DNA from: a virus
IMG/VR virus record: IMGVR_UViG_3300037294_000176
Span: 7,399-71,398 of that record
DNA: 64,000 bases
Reading direction: 5' to 3' (one strand)
Shown: in pieces, positions 29,301 through 37,300 of the stretch
Numbering within the stretch: the stretch's first letter is position 1
Layout of the letters: every line of letters starts with the position of its first letter
Translations under genes and position numbers: made by a program
Notes under the pieces: generated by a model
What the model saw: only the letters and a program-made list of their open reading frames with translations
Told to the model about the DNA's origin: nothing
The model's database searches: none

Positions 29301-30129
29301 GTTTGAGCGTTTCTTCAGTGCTCTCGGTACCTCGTTATTTGGTGCCGGTGAACTGGCTGCTGGCAATAAGTCTAACAAAGAACGCAACCAAGGACCTCTT
29401 GGTGCTTTCTTTGGTCTCGGTTCGTCACTTGCAACTGCACCTGGACAAATCAACAAGAAATCGGACAAAGCGTTTACAGCACCGTTGAGTCAAGCGGCTA
29501 ACGCGATTGCAAGTACTAAAGCACCTTTCTCCATGGTCAGTGAGAGCGTAGAGGGTAACTTCCCGGCATTGACTAAAGCTTTTGACACCTTAGGTGGCGA
29601 AAACGGCCCTCTCAAAGGTCTAACCTCGATGTTAGGTGGAGGTGCTGGTGGAGGAGGTGGCGGAGCAGGTGGTCTGATGAGTCTCTTTGGAGGCGGCGGA
29701 GCAGGTATGTGGGGTGCCCTTGGTGGTATCTTCGGCTCTCTCATTGGAGGACTGTTTGCAGAAGGCGGTATGATCACTGGCCCAGGCACTAGTACGTCTG
29801 ACTCTATTCTTGCAAGAGTATCTAAAGGCGAGTATGTCATTAACGCGGCGTCTACTCGTAAGCACTCGGGTCTCCTGAGAGCAATTAACGAGAACAAGCT
29901 TGGTGACATGCCTAAGTTTGCTCAGGGTGGTATGGTGTCTGATTCACTCATTGCTACAATGCCTATATCGTCTGTGAATGCTGCTGCACCGACTTCTGTC
30001 AAATCCAGTTCAACTACTGTTAACCTGGGTATTACTGGGGACATTTCTAAACAAACTAGAGCGGAAATCTTCCGTATGCTTCCTAGCATTGCAAATGGTG
30101 TCAATGCTCAAAATCGAGAGAGAGGATAA
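20305..30129 (+). CDS. tape measure protein (3274 aa)
   Basis: N-terminal tape-measure domain (QLGQGLSSGTLRGEELSSVLEQ), Ala/Gly-rich helices, C-terminal FAEGG..GPGTSTSDSI..GEYVINA. Confidence 0.93.
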   Translation: MSGVIIDVDTKADGAKRDLVSLNRSLASMVTNANKTKGAVGGVSGNNFKDLTKNVRESNIALNSFGNNKALTNVAANTRSLSNDMRGLKLAAVGAGIAFASAFAGAKLNKVADDLTNIQNRLKLVTESSDELLLRQRQLFDISIKTRTSFAGAASVYVDLSKSMKLAGGSAEETLKAVTTLQQAGALSGSSVEGLNAAMIQLGQGLSSGTLRGEELSSVLEQMKYFGDGLAKSLKVTKGELRELAAEGKLTPEVVLKALREMSEGTAKDFAKSNATVAASTATLRQAIAYTVADVNQYLGLSNSIARGILKNANGMVGASDNIITSLELIRRTTKNYLREVSTENPFKSTLVAALTLKINPLDSFAKAQATSKVQEFVRQVQKLLGKDDTEIEVKAKPTGLDKMFSRFRMFTSKGDEAAKAISASDKMGERVENAARLSAAIFDTIKTTANEFSRLLPIIQKPLNTFYNQLFEYVVIQDNLGDTMVIKLLRPFQRAAEGVQETLTLFASGDTRMERAYVKLFSSDSLVTFTDNLFKLNRVRESTRFDNKSFLGQNFIFNFRKSSQEVENFLVQLGLMKNELDIEFPVARIAKEFQTFGRVVVRVYDDLIAPDLEPAIRSIKRQLKNLKKAVVSAIKNTFTQVEGQKIGNAIAGGITKAITSVFDFWEASESFSLVKMFNTDALVESFINAFKAIGKFVSGFFSGLFSGLKGTLSDDFIGQMFGSIEKVAKSKLRAVEKRIDDFGKNVKGTFFDIYDAVVGNSYWPDTIDGVVDYTSRLFNAKGPIKDFKNFVLSTFDGLTQTVDKRLALAKRRNFQAIYTLQKIKKDPGNTVDIVKKYAKGSLVKSVIEYELNFNKSSFDKAAGYAAKTSLKILNYVEKGLPKSTRVVERFAKRTKEAFFDIYDAVVGNSYWPDTIDGVVGYTSNIFKTNSTLEEFKRRTLNTFKTIFKDLNASFGGGGLFDGFAKQLQSVDWGQAFKTLTGSLGASLLATLFLVFGNVQMKLTAASYFFSLLNVSLNGALTALAPVLGTSAGVLGAQFVEQFVKGLLKTFDALASSLPLLLESFLKELVPFGLFDSLFGTIFKSIPILSNNLVYGILAVAAAYAFLFKKTGAGTIMDLVFGSRARGKEGTKTYKAATDGILPYVKAMAVGWIPGYVTAVGPALAKASGGAAFTSYFGQLFGNPKLALLGAAALSTSMLKSVSIFEAAFVGVPLLASAILGKAGGLRFLTESTGLISSIGLNIAKAMQSSILKNAPEGGMLASFVSGAMFKGEEVQTKVPGPVADAFGTLFSNLAQLPINLAKNKNLYGSGKLGFMAALLTQQIEGTKPDDFIGPMNKKTVSLRKSLQDAVGKILDFDIGGRGSLRGRFAAVSTALALEMGNVRALFSRNVGVGNKFATGLNTALTSLAVVGGKALGAFARVVVSVMGLLKNQFVLIALFSLLFTGVAVAAETSGSAVNGIGAAFGGIGLTITSAALALVAFGVAFKSISKFKTGRDSFIGEATREKLQAFEEDLLGKAADKVASFKGPKKKKKALDASLSSDVVRQVAAQTELLRAEGVPGANKAGIEAAGAYLKGLASKGKEGFIASFKRGTEVVKGNGEEKSSPFAATQAAAVGLSSAFEAFSGDKTKAKLGGVFKQFSVTGVLAFKDAGAALTSFKTVGKATDGVLVAVLRLLSGVIAAAVTGFRALAVTIWTAIAPFAAIIGIVTAVVAGVGLLGVMIFGKGNTFFDKLAFAYDKIRQILGLSAVTGTGRRELLSNTLKDVKVGDQTFDFSGSIENTDFESMGKDTFGIVSEQAKETAEALKELNKQFIKRGFLTDAEKAEAEALATTQRELLARQKQKPERSIRERADDAQKELNTVDNSLGQRIQNMLGGPGSDVNRALALGSSGLDLFFRGIGDSLKPVDTALKSFGSALHKGSDVFKTFFRNTYRAASIVLRKADQGVNSALGGRGRSQRQVTAAQAVKDSADRVAPFEAFLEPEELEAYNKAVAEFRDAQTAANAAELRFTGFDRDGNVETRVEYEKRRVKLIAEASKEMKEFAAATEKAEKAGQKAADIKILTDKLTIGSANIKDQLGIDLGDKGQKFLGNKEQFDRLTNSASLVAGLNAKILVGVSLSERATNAARVLSEVAAANAESTRIQAAALSGTAFDLYAEISGSNATDVGNLFKVDPEAYKEFTKTADSLDQTRTALANVVLTTPGAREELARLQGEIKTLGEELVSLTPKAGSLESINDKFQEFKIAEIDLGQFVYMSPGSVNSIRDSFKHVAKATIDVNAKLSRLGDDDKSLQNYIDALRRLRGEIEAVQSAASHARNESVQRALFENADDPVKRALAVGRAAGRIPNDYVLSSADRSARFSQDTFEYVNATANVDDQFASGSTISEAAGRRLAAERRLGTYDSAPSANKEKKTDTPLKLSDALGALSNSGIAIAAASFSRLGAIARSSLSAIGIDIAKLDKRIEDAPPGADLASIFDQRKALFDRAREQLLNSLYTTGQGISEALGRLGVEGSAIISRMNATQLEGLLEIDKSTERLKSQLLDTTDLEEIVKLNAELADIELERNRALQKTNAAFETRLETVNELFGSSLDTNSFAFFGNELTLQLFRIASAAKATMEEFFRNGATKTEDQVRVFFSSMRKMAQQGEVLDIFNTFSQGMADALERGAKSGFERFQELFDGATFRDYLNIDAGTRRGISQEAVSKQALVSLSDAPGLSKAMADIINREYGENGRSATEVMRLLEGLPGFAETMATPLQAVTTSLDRVTASNIEVARSNRGLPEILGAAIADNTDVTAFDSIEVRADRAVDPALFERGSVTSAVDARLATPDTTAQTAAAAAATSVQDTLRLLLANLNIGIDPETINLASSRQLAQIDALAGRFAFYQAEIASLLAGEGDLDSEARTLRIQELSTASKLLQDNVDDLATAIEDAAFRATEAGDNLADGVRSDFTASLKDFAKGKATFSEAAEGLLDNLTSSIVDTFIDGLTNSLMGEGSLFERFFSALGTSLFGAGELAAGNKSNKERNQGPLGAFFGLGSSLATAPGQINKKSDKAFTAPLSQAANAIASTKAPFSMVSESVEGNFPALTKAFDTLGGENGPLKGLTSMLGGGAGGGGGGAGGLMSLFGGGGAGMWGALGGIFGSLIGGLFAEGGMITGPGTSTSDSILARVSKGEYVINAASTRKHSGLLRAINENKLGDMPKFAQGGMVSDSLIATMPISSVNAAAPTSVKSSSTTVNLGITGDISKQTRAEIFRMLPSIANGVNAQNRERG
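22555..23063 (+). repeat. 65-bp direct repeat inside the tape measure gene (22555-22619 and 22999-23063)
   Basis: Both copies encode FFDIYDAVVGNSYWPDTIDGVV; one nucleotide difference; 444-bp offset. Confidence 0.9.
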
Positions 30130-30132
30130 TAA

Positions 30133-30723
30133 ATGAGCTATGGTATCTATGAGGGCGGAACACTTGTTGCGGGCTTAGTGGCTCCTGTCACTATGCGTTC
30201 TAACAGGCCGATTTTCGCCTCAGATACCCTCTCGTTAAAGAGGAAGACAACTGGTAGAGGGGCTCAGCGTTGGGAAATTGAAACCAATCTTGAGCCTCTC
30301 ACTACCAACGCAAATGGGTTGCTTGTCTACTTAGTAACGAAAGGGGAGTCTGGAACAGTAACACTCAAGGTACCACAGAACTATGGGGTAATTTCCACTA
30401 GGACTTCTGTGAGTACACCTACTGCCACCGGTGCTGCTGGTGCCAGCACTGTAACCGTTGTAAACAACTCAGGCCTGATTCCTACAGGCACCTTTATTAG
30501 ATTTGCATCGCACAGCAAGATCTACATGCTGACTCAGGACTTGCGTAATAGCGGAACAATGCATCTGTTTCCTCCGCTGAGAGCCAGCGTTAACCACACG
30601 TTTACCCACAGGGATGACGTCTTCATGCCTACCCTCTTCGATAGCGATACTGTAAAAGGTATGGTTTACACAGATGGTATTGTGATGGACGTTGGAACTG
30701 TCAAAATGATAGAGAAGTTATGA
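30133..30723 (+). CDS. distal tail protein
   Basis: Follows the tape measure gene; GAQRWEIE...SHSKIYM...FPPLR. Confidence 0.7.
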   Translation: MSYGIYEGGTLVAGLVAPVTMRSNRPIFASDTLSLKRKTTGRGAQRWEIETNLEPLTTNANGLLVYLVTKGESGTVTLKVPQNYGVISTRTSVSTPTATGAAGASTVTVVNNSGLIPTGTFIRFASHSKIYMLTQDLRNSGTMHLFPPLRASVNHTFTHRDDVFMPTLFDSDTVKGMVYTDGIVMDVGTVKMIEKL

Positions 30724-31313
30724 TGAGAAAGTTGAGCTCTAATATCACTGCTCTTATGCAATCTGGTGAGACAGCTGAGACAATATATTTAATTCGTATT
30801 ACAGACAAAATAGGCACGCTTGTCTATGCCGACACTACGCACACGTCTGACGTAACTCTGAGCAACGGGTTTGTATACCCTGCAAACGGAAATCTTGTCA
30901 GTGCCGATCCGCCTCAACAGAGTACAACAGTAGACAGAGAGCAGTACAAGATTGTGATTGCTGATCCTGAAATGCTGTTAGGCGCACTAGCTGAAAGTAA
31001 TTTTGTAGGTAAACGGTTAGAGGTTCGTATTGGTTTTCTTAACCCAAACACAGGACTTCCGTATACGACTGTTGACGATACCTTTATAATCTACGCAGGT
31101 TCTGTTGATAGCGCTTCCTACAAGGTCAGTACTGAAGAGTACGGGGAATCTCTCTTTCAAGTGTCAGGCGTTAGTCCAATTGTGAGTTTAGACATGAAAC
31201 GAGGGTTATACTTGAGCAAGGATGCTGTTCGTCAGCGTAATCCACAAGACAGCTGCTGCGATCAGATTTACGAGGGGTCCGGAACCTCTGTTCTAAAGTG
31301 GGGTAAAGGCTGA
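30720..31313 (+). CDS. tail tip/hub protein
   Basis: Position between distal tail and tail tip genes; IYAGSVD, C-terminal LKWGKG. Confidence 0.65.
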   Translation: MMRKLSSNITALMQSGETAETIYLIRITDKIGTLVYADTTHTSDVTLSNGFVYPANGNLVSADPPQQSTTVDREQYKIVIADPEMLLGALAESNFVGKRLEVRIGFLNPNTGLPYTTVDDTFIIYAGSVDSASYKVSTEEYGESLFQVSGVSPIVSLDMKRGLYLSKDAVRQRNPQDSCCDQIYEGSGTSVLKWGKG

Positions 31314-34300
31314 TGGCAGCATTATCTACAGTTATTGCGGTGGCGGCTTTCACAATCTCCGCTGTCAGCGCCGCGTATCAAGTGGTCCAGGCAAAGAAAG
31401 CAGCGTCTAAAGCAGAAGAAGCTGCTGAAGCAAGACGCGGTTTTGAGCTGGTTCTCGAAGGTGAAGCCAGTGACCTCCCTCTCGCTTACGGTAGGAATCT
31501 CATCGGTGGTGTCAGAGTTTGGCATGCTACGAGTACTGACTTCAGACACACTACTACCAACGCTGATAACGTATTCCAAACTGGTGCTGATGGTGTTCCC
31601 GGTAGAACGATCAGTTACGAGGGCTGGGTAAATATTCCAAGCCCAATTGTCAACGCAATTATGCAACAGTTCAACACTGACATTGGCGCTCTTGATAGTG
31701 GCTACCTTTCAAGCAGTCAGAGTGGCACCGCTAATGAATACTTGTTCTTTCAGCAAGCTCTTTGTGCCGGTCCTATTAACGGTGTTATTGACGTTGTTGT
31801 CGACGGATCTAGGTATCTAGACGATCCTTCGTTAGGTAGCTTTGGTCAGAGCGAATCTGACAAGCGCACACGTGTCAAAGCGGCTATGCGTGTTGATTGT
31901 CACTACGGTAACACGGCAGTGGCAGATAACATTGCAAAGAATAACTTTGCAGAACGTAAAGATGCCGTATTTCAAGACATGGCCTACGCTTCAACTGTTG
32001 TAAGGATTGACAGAGACGATCCCCAGTTCAGTAACGTACCTAATCTTCAATTCATTGTAGAAGGTCGAAAGGTACCAGACGTCGTTTCTGGTGCTTTTGT
32101 TGCGACAAAATCATATAGTACAAACCCTGCTCGATGCCTTCTAGACTACCTCACTGATACCGTCTTAGGAAAGGGTATTTCTCTCTCAGAGATTGACTTG
32201 CCATCTTTTGAAGCTGGTAAGGTTGTCTGTAACACAATTGTACAAGAGGGCGTAATTGTAGGAGGTAAGTACTATCAGCCTACTAACAAGTCTAGAAACA
32301 TTACGAATATTAACATTCCTTTATACGAGTGTAATATACTACTGGACCCGAAGAAGCCAGCAAGAGACAACATTGAGTCTATCCTTTCAACTATGGGTGA
32401 CGCTCGCCTCGTTTGGTCTGCTGGCAAGTACAGGCTCAATCTTCAGTACCCGACTGTATTGTCGTCACTAGAGATTGCTGAGACGCTCAACGATGACAAC
32501 CTTGTTCTTGACCAAGAAGTTCAGATCTCTTGGCCTACTGCCTCAGAGCGACTTAATAACTGTAGAGTTCGCTTTAGTAACGAGTTTGAGGGATTTAAAG
32601 AGGACAGTGTAAGTTGGCCTCCTAAAGTTACCGCAAGTTTTGCCAAAGGTGTAGGTGGGACTAGGTATCCTAACGTCACTGATTCGTTTGACGATGCTCG
32701 TCCCGGTGGTAGACTCTTAAATAGTCTCGGAGTTTGGGACGGAACGTCAAACACTACATCACTCACTTGGTTGATGCAAGTCAGTGGTGATAAGGCAGGC
32801 AGTTACACCGTATCTTACACGGGTGATGACACTTCTAACGTGACGATCGTCGAGACAAAGCTTCCTGGCGCTGATGTTCAAGTCTTTTCTAGTTCTCATA
32901 ATGACTGGAGAAGTGTGAAAACAGGAACGATCACTCTAGGCCAAGCGTCTGTCACTAAGTACTACCGCATCACAGCTAACGTTACTAACACCGGAGGAAA
33001 GAAAGGCTTTGCAATCAGGCTTGAGAACGCTACAAACGTTCTCTGGACAAGCCGTGAACCCACTTACTCTGATTTTGTTCAATACGATTATAGCTCGGCT
33101 GTTTATGATGCCATGCTTCTCGAGGATGGCAACCTTGATCTTCCTAGTGAAGTGTTTGCAGAGGGTGTCACTGATCCTTACCATGCGCTTGCTAAAGCAG
33201 AAGAGTTAGTTAGAACTTCTCGTAGTGCTTTTACAATCACGCTTAAGTACAACACTACAGACACACTATTAGAACCTGGAGACTTCATTCAACTCTCTAG
33301 CGAAACGTTAAAGCTAGGGTTAGACGTTCCTTTGTATTTCAGAGTGTCATCAGCAAAACTTGATGAAAATCGAGTGTGTGAAGTGACAGCTAGCAGATTT
33401 GAGCTAAGCCAGCTTGCGTGGAACGTCAAAGATGACGCCTACGTAAATGTACCAGCTATTTACAACAACAGAATCTTAGAGCCTTCTGAGCTAGTATACA
33501 ACCCTCCCGTTGACTCTAACATTGAGAGTTCCGGTTCCTTGACGTGGGGTACACCCCCAGGATACGAGGTAGCTGGCTACGTTGTGTACATGCATAACCC
33601 TATGGTAGACGGGCTAGACAGTCAACTCCAACCTGTATACAGCGAAGTTGGACGTTCAAGAAACACAAGCTTTGAACTGCCTAAGATTAATGCAGCATCC
33701 GCTTTGTTCGGAGTTAGAGCTTTAGGCATTAATGGCCGTATGTCAGTAATGACAACAATCTCTAACACTTCTGCCACTCGTCTTTCCCACAACTGGTTGC
33801 AAGGTCTCAACATCTCTTCAACCGCGTTAGGTTTCTACAGACCTAAAACGGATCTAGTTGTTGTACCCGCGTCAATCACACTTACGGCAAATGCTGTAAA
33901 CATTGTGAGACCGTTATACACGTGGTATGTAGATGGTGTATTGATTAATGGTGCTAACGTCCATACTCTTGTTATTCTCAAACCTACATTAAGTAGCACA
34001 AACAAGACGTATAGCGTCGTGGTACAGGCGTCTTCGATTCTTGGGGTTCCAGAAGGTCCTACCTACGAGGCATCTAAACTCTTAACCTACATTGAGGAGG
34101 GTGTAGATGCTGGTGCTATTCAGACATCGGCTACCAGAAACACTTTTACTCTGTCGTCTGTAGGTGAACTCCTCCCAAGCCAGAGCTCTGTTAGCGTTAG
34201 AGTAATGACACAAAACGTAGGCGGTGTGACGTGGACAATTAAAGACGCTGCCGGGACCGCTCTCCCAGCTGGTGCTTACCTGTTGCCAAACGGTCTTACA

Positions 34301-37300
34301 GAGGTGTCAATCTCCCCAAGCGCGTTTATGCTTGCCTCAGGGGCAACAGATGGAGTTGTAATTACTGCAACAGCGATAAAGTATGGCCAAGAGCTGTTCT
34401 CATCTGTCACTATCCTAAAAGTTAGAAACGGATCAGAGGCGCTTACTGCATTCCTTACAAACGAGTCGCATACAGTTCCTTGCGACAGCTCTGGAAACCC
34501 TCTCTCCTACGTAGGTGCAAACGGTCAGTTCAAGGTGTACCATGGTGCAGAAGACGTAACTAATAACTGCACATTCGTTCGAATTAATGACTACGGTGTT
34601 AACTCAGTCATCAACGTTGGGGGCGTCAAAGGCGCCTATCTAGTGGATGTGATTGGTGTTGATGTAGGTTACGCTACTTTTAGGGCTACTTACAATCCCG
34701 GCAACGGTGCGATTACTGTTGACAAGACTTTTAGCGTTGTTAAGAGTAAGGCTGGATTCAGTCCCCCCTTGATAACACTAAATACTGATAAGCAGACCGT
34801 TGGATACAGCGCGGCAGGGCTTTTATTACCGTCTCAGCTTGTTACCTTCACGGCTGTGCGCTTGAATAGTACAGAGGCTGTTGAATGGCACCTAAGAGAC
34901 TTTAATGGAAACTTCAGAATTGGGTTTCTTTCTGTAAGCGGTCTAACAGCAACCTTGACAGCAGCTAACTTTGAAGCTGCTAGGAACGGTACGGCGGGGG
35001 TGATTGCTCAAGTAGTCATGGGTTCGTTATCAGACTCCTCATCTATCTTGAGGGTGCAGGATGGGGCTAATGCTTTGACTGCGTATTTAACTAACGAAGC
35101 CCATGTCCTTCCTGCAGATAGTGCAGGAAATGTTGGGACGTACACAGGCGCAAGCGGTGCCTTTCGGGTCTACTATGGTACGTCAGATGTAACTAATGCC
35201 TGCACTTTTGAGAAAGGAGCAGAGCTAAACGTTGTCGGTGCAATTGCTCCTAATGGGGGTTACAACGTTAGTCAAATGGTACTTGCAGCCACTAGTGGTT
35301 CTGTTAAATTTACTGCTAGCTACAATCCTGGCAACGGCTTGATGACTGTTGAAAAAGAATTCAGTCTTACAAAGAGCAAGTCTGGAATCAACGCAAAGAG
35401 TTTGACAATAGCCTCCGACAAGCAAACTCTCAGATACGCCGCTGATGATACACCTTTACCTCTTCAAAGCGTGTCTTTCTCTACACAACTGTCTAATATT
35501 TCAGGTACTGTGGTTTGGACAATCTCTGATTTTGGAGGTAACGCATCTTCTGGACTATCAGTTGCCGGTGGTACAGCCACCCTTAGTGAAGCCAACTTCG
35601 CTACAGCTAGAAACTCTACAACTGGTGTTATCGTAAAAGCCGCTTTAACGTTTGAAGGTGTGGAGTACTCAGACCAAATCTCGGTTATTAGACTTAGAGA
35701 TGGCACTAACTCTCTCACTGCATTCCTTACTAACGAAGCTCATACTATCCCTTGCGACAGTTCTGGGACACCACTATCTTACGCCGGGGCTTCAGGACAG
35801 TTTAAAGTCTTTTACGGCACGTCAGATGTAACTAATGATTGCACTTTTAGCAGGATTGGCGACAACGGTGCTAGGTCTGTTGTAGACGTCAATAACGTCA
35901 AGGGTGCGTACCTAGTTGATCTAGTCAGTATTCCTGTCAGTTCTGCCACATTTCGAGCTACTTACAACGTACCTGGGGTAGGCAGCATTAACATTGATAG
36001 AGTGTTTTCTCTTACAAAGAGCAATGCTGGTGTTAACGCAAAGTCAATATCACTAACTTCTAACAGACAAGTAATCACTTACAATGCGACAGACGTTATT
36101 GTTGGCGGTCAGGATACTACGTTCACTGTTCAGAAGTCTAATACGACAGACGCTGTAACGTGGTACATGGAAGACTTTGCAGGTGCTGAAGTTGGCGGTC
36201 AACTGCAAGTGAATGGTGACACTGCAACGTTGAGCGGAGCCCAGTTTGACGTGTCTCGCAGAGGTACTTCTGGTGTTATTGTAAGGGCGTCTGTTGTTGG
36301 CGCTGGATCGGATAGCATTTCAATAGTCAAGGTCCGCGACGGCACAATAGGCACTAACGGCTTAGCTGCCATATCAGTGACAAAATCCAAATCAACAATT
36401 GCAATCCCCGCTGACACAAATGGGCTAAACGCTGTTTTCACTAGCTCTGGGTACGATCTAGTAGTCAGAGAAGGTAGCGAAATTATCAAGTTCTCAACAG
36501 GTGTGAACACTGCCACTGTTGTGCCTGGTTATTGGTTTTTGAACGGATATTACGGATTTAACGAAGTAGACGTTCCCGCTGACCGTTTTGTAGACACTGG
36601 TGACGCGCTTTCGGTAGGCAATTTAGCAGCAATGCCAGGAAATGTTGGTAGATTAAATATTGGCATCTATGGTAAGCGTTTTGATGGTACGCCTTTTTAC
36701 GTAGAGAGTTTGCAGACGTATACTAAGGTGTTAGGTGGCTACATTGACTTTACACCGCCTAGTGTTCCTATATTCACCGGCGACCCAACATACGCAGTCA
36801 TAACTCTCGCCAGTGGCAATACGGTAGTTAACGCCACTGTAGCGTGGACTACTCCTGCAAACGGCGCTGCTGACTTAGATTACTATGAGCTGGGTGTTAA
36901 ACTTACAACAAGCGCCACTTACAGCTATGTTCAAACCAGCGCTAACAGTCACACATTTCCAATTCTCCCAAACAGGACGTACGACTACTCGGTAAGAGCT
37001 ATTGACAAGAACCAGAACAAGAGTGGGTTTGGCTATCTCTACAGTAGAACATCTGGTCGCGATGAGAGTATTCCGGGAGCTCCTACTGGACTTACAGCTA
37101 CAAGCTCTATTAGAAACATTTATCTCAAGTGGACTAACACTTTATCAGATGACCTTGCTAAGGTAGAAGTCAGAGAAGCTGTAAGACCTATAGGAGCGGT
37201 TTACGATATTCCCTACAACCTGATAGCCACAGTTAACGGTTCCCCAGGTCAAACCGGTGGATACACTCGTGGAAGTATAGATCCCGCAATGGAGTACTAC

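Noticed and set aside
20283-30104. Many minus-strand ORFs opposite the tape measure gene and elsewhere
   Set aside because: Antisense shadows of + strand genes, with no RBS or recognisable motifs
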